Positions 11,346 to 21,446 of a stretch of DNA of 64,000 bases are shown here, piece by piece. The stretch's first letter is position 1. Every line of letters starts with the position of its first letter. The position numbers and the translations under genes are program-made. Below the pieces are notes generated by a model. The model did not search any database and was not told the DNA's origin. It saw only the letters and a list, made by a program, of their open reading frames with translations. The DNA is from Candidatus Bathyarchaeota archaeon. Its GTDB lineage: Archaea > Thermoproteota > Bathyarchaeia > 40CM-2-53-6 > RBG-13-38-9. The stretch covers positions 448,001 to 512,000 of the forward strand of contig CAWECG010000001.1 of NCBI GenBank assembly GCA_963807605.1, read 5' to 3'.

Positions 11346-12389
11346 TTGACAATCGTTTTTGAGAAATTGTTTCAGGAAGCAAGTCTGCGAAGCCCTCTCC
11401 AAGGCCTCAAGGAAGTCCATCAAAGGATTGAGATCAGAAAGGATCCCTTGACTGGAAGACGGTGCAGAATAAATATCGACAGATCCAGGAGGCCTAAGCA
11501 GGTTTCAACTGGAACTGATGAGCTGGCCCAATTTTTCAAGAGTTCGAGAGCGAAATGTTTCTTCTGTCCAGAGAACATTGAGAAGATGACGCCCACCTTT
11601 GTCGGAACACTTCCCGAAAGGATCAAGATGGGAGCGTCTTGGCTTTTTCCAAATCTGTTCCCATTCGCAGGATTCCATGCCGTTGCAGTTTTCTCAAGTG
11701 ATCATCATCTTGAGCTGAACAGATTTTCTCCGAAGCTAATTGGGAATTGCCTTAAGGCGTCATTGGAATATTTCAGACTGATTAAGGCTCAACATCCGGA
11801 GGCCAGGTATTGGAGTATTAATTGGAATTACATGCCTCCCGCTGCCGCCAGCATTGTTCATCCTCATCTTCAGGTGATAGCTGATCCCGATCCGAGCCAA
11901 AACACCCTCCAACTACTTGATGCAAGCAAATCCTACCATGATAAGCGCAGACGCAATTACTGGCGTGACCTCGCAGAAGTAGAGCAACAGAAAGGGGAGA
12001 GATTCATCGGAAGGATCGGCTCAGTGAGCTGGTTAGCCAGTTTTGCTCCACAAGGGAATCGTGAGGTCCAAGGAATATTCTCTAACATATCAAGCCTCGA
12101 TCAGTTAGGAGAGAAGGAACTGAACGAATTGTCCACTGGCCTATCCTTCATATTGAGAGGATACTATTCATGTGGAGTCAAGAGTCTCAATATGGCTACT
12201 TTCTCAGCACCCTGCGATGAGGATCTGAGCGATTTCTTTCTTCTGAATTTTAGACTTATATCGAGACCCTTCCCGGCTTGCCTTTATGTCAGCGACAACG
12301 GTTTCATGGAGACTCTTCATAGGGAACCGATCATCGAGACAATTCCTGAGGATCTTAGCATAGAGCTGAAGCGATCTTTTCTTGAATGA
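11346..12389 (+). CDS. galT: GalT-like (HIT superfamily) sugar-1-phosphate nucleotidyltransferase
   Basis: EIRKDPLTG, RSRRP, CFFCP, FPNLFP and AASIVHPHLQ; TTG start at 11346 after GGAGAT. Confidence 0.8.
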   Translation: MTIVFEKLFQEASLRSPLQGLKEVHQRIEIRKDPLTGRRCRINIDRSRRPKQVSTGTDELAQFFKSSRAKCFFCPENIEKMTPTFVGTLPERIKMGASWLFPNLFPFAGFHAVAVFSSDHHLELNRFSPKLIGNCLKASLEYFRLIKAQHPEARYWSINWNYMPPAAASIVHPHLQVIADPDPSQNTLQLLDASKSYHDKRRRNYWRDLAEVEQQKGERFIGRIGSVSWLASFAPQGNREVQGIFSNISSLDQLGEKELNELSTGLSFILRGYYSCGVKSLNMATFSAPCDEDLSDFFLLNFRLISRPFPACLYVSDNGFMETLHREPIIETIPEDLSIELKRSFLE

Positions 12390-12598
12390 AGATCGCCGAT
12401 AAAATCGGTAACCGTATTCTAACAGGGTGACGAAGCGATTTCGAGTGCGGTCGACCGACCTTGGGCGCGAATATCAAATATGTGCTTGGGTTGCTGAGCT
12501 GGTTTATCTCACGCGCGCGCGTTAATCGACAAGCTCAAAGAAGAGAAGCCAAAATGACTGGTTCTGAAACGCCACGTGTCAGATTCTAGAAGGATTGT

Positions 12599-13018
12599 TC
12601 ATTTAGGACGTCGTCGATTCTTCGGCTGCTTGAAAGGATTCTTCTCATCACTCTCCTTAAGGCGCCTTATCACTTCCGCCAGGAGATCTTCAGGCGTGAA
12701 GGGCTTGACGAAGTAACCGTCGCATCCACTCTCCTCGGCGAGCTTGTGGTCAACATCTCTGCCCAGAACGGTGAACATGACTACGGGGACGAATCTGGCA
12801 ATTGTTTCGGTCTTTAGGATCCTGCAAACTTCCAGACCGCTCATTCCAGGCATTACTATGTCAAGGAGCACAAGATCAGGATTCTCTTCCTCAGCTTTTT
12901 GGATGGCCTCTGCTCCATTGGATGCGGTGACGACATTGTATCCCTCTCGCTCTAAGATCATCTGAGCTAAACTGCGAATAGGCTCTTCGTCATCTACGAC
13001 GAGGATCTTAGCTGTCAA
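12599..13018 (-). CDS. Single-domain response regulator (REC)
   Basis: ILVVDDE, LLDIVMP, FTVLG and VKPF; close paralogue of the REC domain at 5868. Confidence 0.9.
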   Translation of the reverse strand: MTAKILVVDDEEPIRSLAQMILEREGYNVVTASNGAEAIQKAEEENPDLVLLDIVMPGMSGLEVCRILKTETIARFVPVVMFTVLGRDVDHKLAEESGCDGYFVKPFTPEDLLAEVIRRLKESDEKNPFKQPKNRRRPK

Positions 13019-13417
13019 AAGTCAATGCCTCTTTTCCTTCGCCATAACACTTGCCTAGTGCCAATGTTGGTCTGAATTAACCCTTTTGATACCTTCAGAT
13101 TCCGGCTAGATCCCCTAATATAAGCTACTCAATGCTGGAATGACGTCGATCAGCAGGGTCTCTGTCGATAAACTGTCGACCGTCAACGATACGAAGCCGA
13201 AGGTTGAAGACTCGTATGGCTCTCTTGCTACACTAATGGTCCCATTTACTTCGTATACCATCAGTACTGCTTTCCTCAGAGTACTTTGCGTCAAGAGATG
13301 GATCACTTCGTCTGCCAACAATGTTCTTGCGAATTGAAGGATGTCACTTCATCCGCGAAGTGCCTAGATCCGAGCGTTATGCACGCGAATTGTTGATTAT
13401 TTTAGCGAATGCATTTT

Positions 13418-13593
13418 TGTCATTTTCAACGTCAACTGCTCCGTCAACTTTCATTTTCGTTTCCTTTGTTTAGGAGAATATTTGGGAAAATCCTAGCATA
13501 CTACTAACTATTCTTGAATGTGAGTCAATTTGACGACGAAGATGACAATGTTCTTGACGGGAAGATGAAACTTTTTTGACGATGGAATTGACG
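13418..13593. repeat. Cluster of TTGACG(nn GAAGATGA) motifs in both orientations
   Basis: TTGACGACGAAGATGACA 13530-13547, TTGACGGGAAGATGAAA 13554-13570, TTGACG at 13576 and 13588; inverted TGTCATTTTCAACGTCAA 13418-13435 and CCGTCAA 13441. Confidence 0.55.
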
Positions 13594-13688
13594 TAAATTG
13601 ATAATATTAATGCTTCAATCTGAGGGTAGCTGCCTCAGCACGTGCTGGAGAAATAGTGGAAAGAGGGACGCGATTTGGACTCGAATTC

Positions 13689-13725
13689 TGGTGCGAGGAG
13701 GCGGATTTGGGCACCAATCTACTAG
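13689..13725 (-). repeat. Diverged tRNA-3'-end palindromic (att-like) repeat, copy 5 (outermost)
   Basis: TGGTGCGAGGAGGCGGATTTG-GGCACCAATCTACTAG versus consensus TGGTGCGGGGAGTGGGATTCG-CGCACCAGTTTACCAG. Confidence 0.65.
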
Positions 13726-13835
13726 GAAACTCAGATGAGCTTCGTTGGGCGCAGTAAATAAGGCACTAACACTCAAGCGCACGCCAAAAAAAGAGTAAGC
13801 CCCAACTAAAAGCGGACAGACTGACTGTGGGGCAT

Positions 13836-13982
13836 CTACTTCTTCACCATCGGCTTCTCGCAACATATCAGGGGTCCACAGGTGGGACACGACTCCTCAG
13901 TACATCCCTTGGTGACTGTGACTTCAATATCACAGTCTGGATGATCACAGACGTAGACGTCTCCTTTCTTGTACGTTACCAA
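13836..13982 (-). CDS. 48-aa Cys-rich desulforedoxin-like metal-binding protein (below ORF-track cutoff)
   Basis: MVTYKKGDVYVCDHPDCDIEVTVTKGCTEESCPTCGPLICCEKPMVKK; GGGGTGAG RBS; KG.VY.C...C...L.CC.KPM desulforedoxin pattern. Confidence 0.75.
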   Translation of the reverse strand: MVTYKKGDVYVCDHPDCDIEVTVTKGCTEESCPTCGPLICCEKPMVKK

Positions 13983-14061
13983 ACATTCTCACCCCCTGCG
14001 CTCTATCAATATTAAAATAGCAAGCCCAATTTAACCTATTTGCTGTTTGAAGTGACTACAG

Positions 14062-14592
14062 ATGGTTGACTTGGATGAGCCGGCACCGAATTTCTCAGTA
14101 ACTACGACTAAGGGCAAAATATCACTGTCTGATTTCAAGGGTAAATGGGTGGTTCTCTTCGCTTACCCTGCAGACTTCACCCCCATATGTGAAGCTGATA
14201 CAATCGGTTTCGCAAGAAAGAAGTTCGAGTTTGATGAGTTAGGAGTCCAATTTGTAGGCTGGAGTGTCGACTCAGTCGAGACACACCTAAGATGGATAAA
14301 GGAAATAAAAGATAGAGTTGGAGTGCAGATAGGCTATCCATTAATAGCAGACATCGACAAGAAACTTGCAGAGAAATACGGTATACTCCACAAGACTAAA
14401 GGAGTCACATACAGAGGAGTATTCATAATAGATCCCGACGGCATTTTAAGATTCGCCGCCACCTATCCTCTAGAGGTAGGAAGAAACACAAAGGAAATCG
14501 AGAGAATCATCAAGGTTCTACAAAGGGCCAGAGAGCTCAGTCACCTCAAAGAATTGGACCGGGCAAGAGAACTGAGCAAGTATAATGAGTAG
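14062..14592 (+). CDS. Peroxiredoxin (AhpC/TSA family), single Cys
   Basis: YPADFTPIC, SVDSVETH, RGVFIIDPDG and VGRN. Confidence 0.9.
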   Translation: MVDLDEPAPNFSVTTTKGKISLSDFKGKWVVLFAYPADFTPICEADTIGFARKKFEFDELGVQFVGWSVDSVETHLRWIKEIKDRVGVQIGYPLIADIDKKLAEKYGILHKTKGVTYRGVFIIDPDGILRFAATYPLEVGRNTKEIERIIKVLQRARELSHLKELDRARELSKYNE

Positions 14593-15411
14593 CATCAAGG
14601 TGTAGACCAATCTTTCTAGGTACCGATGGATAACACAAAAAAGCTCAAGACTTTTGAGATCGCTGCCAGAGGTACGTTAGTATGATGACGACGTACGTCA
14701 TGAAGGCTGTAGAATGTTTGAACATCTTGAAGGAGTGTCGCCAATTGCCGCGCTGATTTCACCCATGGACATATGGTAAAAAATATCCGTTATTAAAGAA
14801 CCTAAACCTACTATTGCCTAAACAAGAGATACATTCCAAGCAAGTGCTTTCTTCTTTTCAGACTTGGACACGGAAATCAGCTCAGATGGAGGGAATATAA
14901 TCTCACTTTAATCTCTTAGGATTTAGGGATTGGTCATTCACGACTACGAACAAACCTCGAAAAATCTAGGAGATTAAGCGGACTCTCGTCCTAATGATTG
15001 TGCCCCGGAAAGCGTTTGTGCTAAGGCTGATGAGGGGGTATAGATGACTAGCGCTATGAGTGATGGAATGAATGTCACGATTAGTGCCGTTATGAGTTGA
15101 TGTTGCCACAGCAGGTAGAAAGCAGCTAAGCAGTACCAACGTCCTTGAAGACTTTAAGTGGATGGATTTCATGGTAGCGCGCGCGAATCTACCTTCATCA
15201 TAAACGCTATGATTAGCTTCCTAATCTGCGCAGATTAGCATTTAACGCAGCAACAATTATCATACAGTTCCCAAGGAACTCCAAGTAAGTATAAGTATGG
15301 CATATATACGCGCGTACATGGAGAATGCGATTAATCGACACGTAATGTTTAATATGCGACGGACTATTCGGTGGAGTTTCAACCTAGAAATTTGGAGTAC
15401 AGGATCGATGA

Positions 15412-15717
15412 TTGACCTTGGCACGTCTTCTGGCCTTCGTAGACATTTTTGTAGAGTCACCCACTATGGACGACGTCATCAAAGCTCTCGAGCAATTCCC
15501 TAACGTAGAAGAACTCTACTTTGTAACAGGGGAATTCGACATTGTCACACTTGTCTCAGCAGCAGACATAGAGGAATTCCGGGACTTTCTGAAAAACAAG
15601 ATTCTGAAGATAAAAGGCGTAAAGAGCACAGTATCCTCCATCGTGCTAGAGACACACAAAGGCCACAGACACAGAAGCCACGCAGAACCTGCAGCATCCA
15701 AATCGACCTCGCAGTAA
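15412..15717 (+). CDS. Lrp/AsnC ligand-binding (RAM) domain protein without HTH
   Basis: LAFVDI, VEELYFVTGEFDI and IKGVKSTVSSIVL. Confidence 0.8.
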   Translation: MTLARLLAFVDIFVESPTMDDVIKALEQFPNVEELYFVTGEFDIVTLVSAADIEEFRDFLKNKILKIKGVKSTVSSIVLETHKGHRHRSHAEPAASKSTSQ

Positions 15718-15804
15718 CAGCAACCTTACTTATGCATCGAGGTTGAATCCTTCAATCCATACTATTGATGAAAATTCTCGAAGAGAGTTTGGTGTTGAAC
15801 CGAA

Positions 15805-17460
15805 TTGATCGATCCCATTCAAGGGGCTGTCGTGATTCTGATCTTGGGCTCAGTGATCGCCATAGGCCGTTTCCTCGCACCATATGTTACCCGAGTCTTT
15901 GCTCGTACCCCTGGCCGTCTCGACAGAGTCTTGAATCCAATCGAGAACTGGATCTATAGGCTTGGAGGCGTAAATCCAACCCATTCAATGAATTGGAAGA
16001 AATACTTCCTATCGTTGATGTTACTCAACGTTTTCCAAATGGCCCTTGCGTTTCTAATATTCGTATTCCAAGGGAGACTCCCGCTTAATCCTCAAGGGTT
16101 TCCAGGCCTAACATGGGACCTTGCCTTCATGCAAGTCATCTCATTCGGCAGTAATACTAATCTTCAACATTACAATGGCGAGGTTGCGCTTTCGTATTTG
16201 AGTCAAATGGGGGCGGTTCAGTTTCTCCAATTCACCTCAGCCGCGTCCGGAATTAGCGTTGCGGTAGCCTTTGTGAGAGGTTTTGCAAGCGGCTCCAAGG
16301 ACTTAGGCAATTTCTACGTTGACTTTGTGAGGTCTCTGACCAGAGTTCTGTTCCCACTATGCCTTGTAGCGTCTCTGGTCTTTGTTTGGCTCGGCGTGCC
16401 TCAGACCCTTAGCGGGTACACAACAGTGAAGACGGTGGAGGGTGCGACACAACTGATTCTCGTCGGTCCTGTCGCATCTCTAGTCTCTATCATGCAGATT
16501 GGCACTAACGGGGGAGGCTATTATGGAGCCAATTCCGCCTACCCTTTCCAGAATCCAAATCCTGCGTCAAATGTTCTTGAGATCATTCTAATGTTGCTCA
16601 TGCCAACAGTGATGATCTTCATGTATGGCGAGATACTTGGAAAGAAGAGGGAGAGCAGACCCATACTCTGGGCTTCATACGCACTCTTCGTAATCGATCT
16701 CATTATCGCATTTATTCCCAATCCAATATTGGGTCCAGGGATGGAGGTTCGGTTTGGAGGATTCTTCTCAACTTTCTGGACTGTTGTTACGACTGCCGTG
16801 ACGACAGGTTCAGTCAACGCTTCGCTCAATGCCATTCATCCACTCGCCATACTCTCCGCTTTCATGGGGATGCTGATTCAGGCAACGCCAGGGGGCAAGG
16901 GTGTTGGATTGATGTACATGGTCATGTACGTGGTGATCACCGTATTCATCGTTGGGCTCATGTCAGGCAGAACCCCAGAATACTTGGGAATGAAAATCAA
17001 CGCAAGAGACGTTACTCTCGTAATGTGTGCCTTTCTGGTTCACCCGATCATCATACTGATTCCCACGGTACTTGCATACGCAGCAGGAGCCGCAAACGCG
17101 ATAGGTGTAGGAGGCAACTCGATCGGCTACACTCAAATTCTGTGGGAGTTCACATCAGCCGCAGCAAACAACGGCGCAGACTTCCTCGGTGCATCTGCGA
17201 ACACAGTATTCTTCAACATATCAACCGCCCTAGTAATGTTTGCAGGTCGTTTCGCACCAATTGGTTTCCTGATTGCACTTGGAGGCTCGATGATTGGGAG
17301 GAAGAGAAGCGCCGAAGTTGGATTGAAGACTGACAGCATAACGTTCTCCATAGTTCTTGTAGGAAGCACGTTGATCCTTGTTGTTCTGACGTTCTTCCCG
17401 TTCCTCGCACTCGGACCAATCCTTTCCTACTTCCAAGGCCACCTGAACGGGTTCGGGTAA
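15805..17460 (+). CDS. kdpA: K+-transporting ATPase subunit A
   Basis: SNTNLQHY, QIGTNGGG, NSAYPFQNP, TGSVN, GRTPEYLG and SAAANNG. Confidence 0.95.
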   Translation: MIDPIQGAVVILILGSVIAIGRFLAPYVTRVFARTPGRLDRVLNPIENWIYRLGGVNPTHSMNWKKYFLSLMLLNVFQMALAFLIFVFQGRLPLNPQGFPGLTWDLAFMQVISFGSNTNLQHYNGEVALSYLSQMGAVQFLQFTSAASGISVAVAFVRGFASGSKDLGNFYVDFVRSLTRVLFPLCLVASLVFVWLGVPQTLSGYTTVKTVEGATQLILVGPVASLVSIMQIGTNGGGYYGANSAYPFQNPNPASNVLEIILMLLMPTVMIFMYGEILGKKRESRPILWASYALFVIDLIIAFIPNPILGPGMEVRFGGFFSTFWTVVTTAVTTGSVNASLNAIHPLAILSAFMGMLIQATPGGKGVGLMYMVMYVVITVFIVGLMSGRTPEYLGMKINARDVTLVMCAFLVHPIIILIPTVLAYAAGAANAIGVGGNSIGYTQILWEFTSAAANNGADFLGASANTVFFNISTALVMFAGRFAPIGFLIALGGSMIGRKRSAEVGLKTDSITFSIVLVGSTLILVVLTFFPFLALGPILSYFQGHLNGFG

Positions 17461-17470
17461 TTGTGAAAGG

Positions 17471-19633
17471 ATGAAAGAAATGTCAACCAAAAATCATCGA
17501 ACCAGTCTACGGACAGGATTAATGTCCAGCAAGACACTGACCGACTCCTTAGTGAGACTAAACCCCATCTCACTTATCGCAAACCCAGTCATGTTCGTCG
17601 TTGAAGTCACCTTCCTTGTCGTAGCAGCGATGGCTATCTATCCTCAAGGTTTCCTTCCCGTGGCAAGCCCTGGCGAGCGGATCTTCTACATCGAAGTTGC
17701 AGTCATACTGCTCATTACCGTCTGGTTTAGCACACTCTCAGATTCCCTCGCTGAGACACAGGCAAAGAACACTGCGAACAGTCTAAGAAAGCTCGAGACG
17801 GAATCCATGACCAAGAAAATAGTGACAAAAAGTAAGGAGCAGGGAGAAGGCAGACAAGAGGAAAGGACAGTCATTCTTACTCCTTCGACTCAGCTGCGAC
17901 GAGGAGACGTGATCCTGCTTGAGAAAGGAGACATGATTCCTATCGACGCCGAGGTTACCGAAGGCATAGCAATGGTTGACGAATCTCTTCTCACCGGTGA
18001 ATCGATCCCTGTCAGAAAAGCACCTAGTGACCCCTTGATCGGAGGCTCGAAGCTTATCAGTGATACATTGACAGCTAGAGTCACCGTGAATCCTGAAGAC
18101 AGCTACATTAACCAGATGATCCGACTGGTAGAGTCATCAAAGAGACCAAAAACTCCAAACGAACAAGCGGTAGTAATAGTTCTGATAGGTCTCACCGCCA
18201 TCTTTACCATAATCATTTTCGCACTTCTCGGCATATCAGTTGTGCTCAGCCTCGGAGCTGACCTTTCAGTCCTAATCGCATTATACGTTTGCCTTCTCCC
18301 AACCACAATAGGGGCGCTTCTTCCAGCAATCGGTCTCTCTGGGATGTCCAGACTGTATGCGAGAAAGATTGTTGCAAAGTCAGGTAGAGCAATCGAGACA
18401 GCTGGCGACACGGACACAATTCTCCTCGACAAGACCGGCACGATAACTGTTGGAAGTCGACAGGCGATCGAGTTCATACCGTTCGAGGGTCATTCAGAGC
18501 AAGAAGTTGGAGAAGCAGCGTTTCTAGCATCCTGGCACGATGACACTCCAGAAGGGCGTAGCATAATCAGGTTAGCTTACAACAGCGGTTTGATACCGAG
18601 AGATCTGAACGCTCTAGCTCTCTCGGAATCCTACGAGTTTTCCGCTACGACCCGAACAAGCGGAGTGAAGTTCACCGGTGGCACCGGCTTCCTGTTACCG
18701 AAGGGCGCCAAGGAAAGGCGAAGATTTAGACGGAAATTCACGAGTTCCCTAAACGGCTCCATAGGACCCAGCGAAGTTGAGATAATCAAAGGAGCCCCCG
18801 ACGCAATAAAGCAGATCGCAAAATCTTACCCCAATGACTTCGATGCCGTCATCAACAGGATTTCCAATGAAGGCGACAGCCCCGTCGCCATCGCTAAGAA
18901 CCGTGAGATAATCGGCATCATTCGGCTAAAAGACATCCTGAAGACAGGCATCGAAGAGAAGATTCAAGCCGTCAAAGCAATGGGCATACGACCCGTGATG
19001 ATAACTGGAGACCATCCACTCACTGCCAGAAGCATCGCAGCTGAGGTTGGGATCGATGAGTATGTGCCGCAAGCAAAGCCTGAGGACAAGCATGGAATAG
19101 TCCTCCGAGAGCAAGCCAACACGAGAATTGTTGCGATGATAGGCGACGGAACCAACGACGCACCCGCCCTCGCCGTTGCCGACGTAGGCCTCGCTATGAA
19201 CTCTGGAACACAGGCAGCAAAGGAAGCGGCGAACATGGTGGATCTTGAGTCCAACCCTGCAAAGATCATAGAGGTCGTTATGCTTGGGAAACAGCTCCTC
19301 ATGACTCGTGGAGCTGTAACTACCTTCAGCATCGCAAATGACGTTGCGAAATACTTCGCAATAGTACCGGTTCTCTTTACAGTTGTCCCCGTACTTCAAG
19401 CCCTGAATATTCTGCATCTCGGATTGCACAGCGCAGTGCTCTCGGCGTTGATATTCAACGCAATCATAATCCCGCTTCTAATTCCTTTAGCCATGAAGGG
19501 CGTATCCTTCAAGCCCTCAGACACAATGACCTTGTTCCTGAAGAACACAATGATCTATGGTGTAGGCGGGGTCATAGTTCCATTTGTCGGAATCAAGCTG
19601 ATAGACATCGCCCTCGAGGCGATTCACGTTTAG
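17471..19633 (+). CDS. kdpB: K+-transporting ATPase subunit B
   Basis: NPVMFVVE, TGES, CLLPTTIG, DKTGT, GDGTND and TFSIANDVAKYF. Confidence 0.95.
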   Translation: MKEMSTKNHRTSLRTGLMSSKTLTDSLVRLNPISLIANPVMFVVEVTFLVVAAMAIYPQGFLPVASPGERIFYIEVAVILLITVWFSTLSDSLAETQAKNTANSLRKLETESMTKKIVTKSKEQGEGRQEERTVILTPSTQLRRGDVILLEKGDMIPIDAEVTEGIAMVDESLLTGESIPVRKAPSDPLIGGSKLISDTLTARVTVNPEDSYINQMIRLVESSKRPKTPNEQAVVIVLIGLTAIFTIIIFALLGISVVLSLGADLSVLIALYVCLLPTTIGALLPAIGLSGMSRLYARKIVAKSGRAIETAGDTDTILLDKTGTITVGSRQAIEFIPFEGHSEQEVGEAAFLASWHDDTPEGRSIIRLAYNSGLIPRDLNALALSESYEFSATTRTSGVKFTGGTGFLLPKGAKERRRFRRKFTSSLNGSIGPSEVEIIKGAPDAIKQIAKSYPNDFDAVINRISNEGDSPVAIAKNREIIGIIRLKDILKTGIEEKIQAVKAMGIRPVMITGDHPLTARSIAAEVGIDEYVPQAKPEDKHGIVLREQANTRIVAMIGDGTNDAPALAVADVGLAMNSGTQAAKEAANMVDLESNPAKIIEVVMLGKQLLMTRGAVTTFSIANDVAKYFAIVPVLFTVVPVLQALNILHLGLHSAVLSALIFNAIIIPLLIPLAMKGVSFKPSDTMTLFLKNTMIYGVGGVIVPFVGIKLIDIALEAIHV

Positions 19634-19645
19634 GAGATTATCAAA

Positions 19646-20083
19646 TTGAACAAGCATGATTATGGGCCCACCGTCAGACTGGCTATTATCTCACTTGTAT
19701 TATGCGGGCTAATCTTTCCCCTGTTCGTAACAGGATTAGCGCAACTCCTGCTACCCTATCAAGCAAACGGGGAGATAATCCAGTTCAATGGACGTTATGT
19801 CGGTTCCATTCTGATTGCACAGAATTTCAGTTCACCCATGCTCTTCCATCCAAGAAATGATTCAGCTTCCGGCGTGGATCCCGACATTACTCTTCAGGAC
19901 GGTTATTCTCAGATTCCAAGGATCCAGGCAGCAACTGGAATCCCCTCGGAAGTACTCAAACACGTTGTTGATGAAAACGTCGAGAGAACGTTATGGGTTG
20001 TTGGCGAACCATACGTTAACGTCCTCAGACTCAACCTGGTACTTGTCAAGGAAAACCCTTCAATTTACAAGTCATTCAGCTGA
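19646..20083 (+). CDS. kdpC: K+-transporting ATPase subunit C (short form)
   Basis: N-terminal TM, QANG, GSILIAQNF, SASGVDPDI and GEPYVNVLRLN. Confidence 0.92.
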   Translation: MNKHDYGPTVRLAIISLVLCGLIFPLFVTGLAQLLLPYQANGEIIQFNGRYVGSILIAQNFSSPMLFHPRNDSASGVDPDITLQDGYSQIPRIQAATGIPSEVLKHVVDENVERTLWVVGEPYVNVLRLNLVLVKENPSIYKSFS

Positions 20084-20238
20084 CACTTACCACATTAGAA
20101 TGCTGTCAATGTTCGATGGTGTTGGCTTTTCTCGTTGCAAGTTACGCGCATGAGTTAAGCCCTCCCACACTAGGCCACACTATAGTCTAGGACAGACAAA
20201 ATACTTGTATAACCTCGTGACTCTAAATTAAGACAAAT

Positions 20239-21279
20239 TTGTGTCTTGGGGCAGTCCTAATGAATGGAAAGCTCCACCAGCAGATTCTGATCTGGTGGCG
20301 GGCCTTCAGATATCACTTCGTACCACCAAGTATATTTCCAGCTACATTGGGGGCGGCGATCAGTTTGAGTGTTGATAAAACCTTTTCCACGGAGATTTTC
20401 TTTCTCGTTCTGCTAGGTGTGGTCGTGAATCATTTTGCTCTAAACATGACAGATGACTATTATGACTTCAAACACGCTGTAGATCAACAGAAACCCGGAG
20501 AAAAGAACCCGTACACTGGTGGAAGTGGCACCCTAAGCAGCGGCCTCATAACGCCACATCACATGTTGATGGCTTTTGTCGTATGCTACGGCATTACAAC
20601 TGGAATCGGAATTTACCTTGCTTGGATTAAAGGCTGGCCCATCTTGGCATTTGGAATGTTTGGCGTTTTCTGCTCGATCTTTTACACGATGCCTCCCATA
20701 AGTTACTCTCATCATGGGTTAGGCGAGCTAGGTCTCCTTGTGAACTTTGGATCAATCATAGGTTTAGGCTCCTATTTCGTTCAAGCTCACAAGCTCTCGC
20801 TGCAGGCTTTTCTAGCAACGTTACCTATGGGAATAATGCTATTCTCCATGATAGTGATAAACGAAATTCCAGACTATGAGACAGACAAGATGGCGGGAAA
20901 ACTGACTCTTGTCGCTAGATACGGTAAGAAGGCGGGCATAAAAATCTACATTTTGAGCTGGATCTGCACTTATTCAGTGATAATCGGCGCCGTTGCCCTT
21001 CAGTTAATCCCCAGGCTCTGTGTAATCGCGCTGGCCTCGGTCCCTCTGGCCTACAGATCAATCGAGTTTCTGAAACATCACTATAACAGCCCCACGGAGT
21101 TGGCACCGGCAAATCTTGATATGATCAAGGCTCACAGCGTCACCTCCATAGGCCTTATCGCCGCTTATGCTCTACAAGGGTTGATCAATGGAGCCAGCGC
21201 TGTCCAGTTGGGCATAATTATCCTGCTATTGGTGGGGTTCTACGCCCCAGCGGCGATCCCTCTGCTGAAAAAGCACTAA
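20239..21279 (+). CDS. UbiA-family prenyltransferase, MenA-like
   Basis: NMTDDYYD, TGGSG, GLGELG and NEIPDYETDKMAGKLTL; multiple TM helices; start may be ATG 20260. Confidence 0.8.
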   Translation: MCLGAVLMNGKLHQQILIWWRAFRYHFVPPSIFPATLGAAISLSVDKTFSTEIFFLVLLGVVVNHFALNMTDDYYDFKHAVDQQKPGEKNPYTGGSGTLSSGLITPHHMLMAFVVCYGITTGIGIYLAWIKGWPILAFGMFGVFCSIFYTMPPISYSHHGLGELGLLVNFGSIIGLGSYFVQAHKLSLQAFLATLPMGIMLFSMIVINEIPDYETDKMAGKLTLVARYGKKAGIKIYILSWICTYSVIIGAVALQLIPRLCVIALASVPLAYRSIEFLKHHYNSPTELAPANLDMIKAHSVTSIGLIAAYALQGLINGASAVQLGIIILLLVGFYAPAAIPLLKKH

Positions 21280-21446
21280 AGGTGACAGACTCATTTGCTG
21301 CTACACGCGGTGCCCAGCCATCAAGATGCCTAGGAAGTCTACGCTTGTTGTCAGCGGACCTCAAATTATAGAACCTCCACAATATTTTTTATTAATGAAT
21401 GATTGAGTAACCTGCCAGCCTTAGGGCGTATGACGAGGATCAGGCT

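Noticed and set aside
13115-13337. Overlapping 65-68 aa ORFs on both strands
   Set aside because: No motif, RBS or recognisable family; cannot choose a strand
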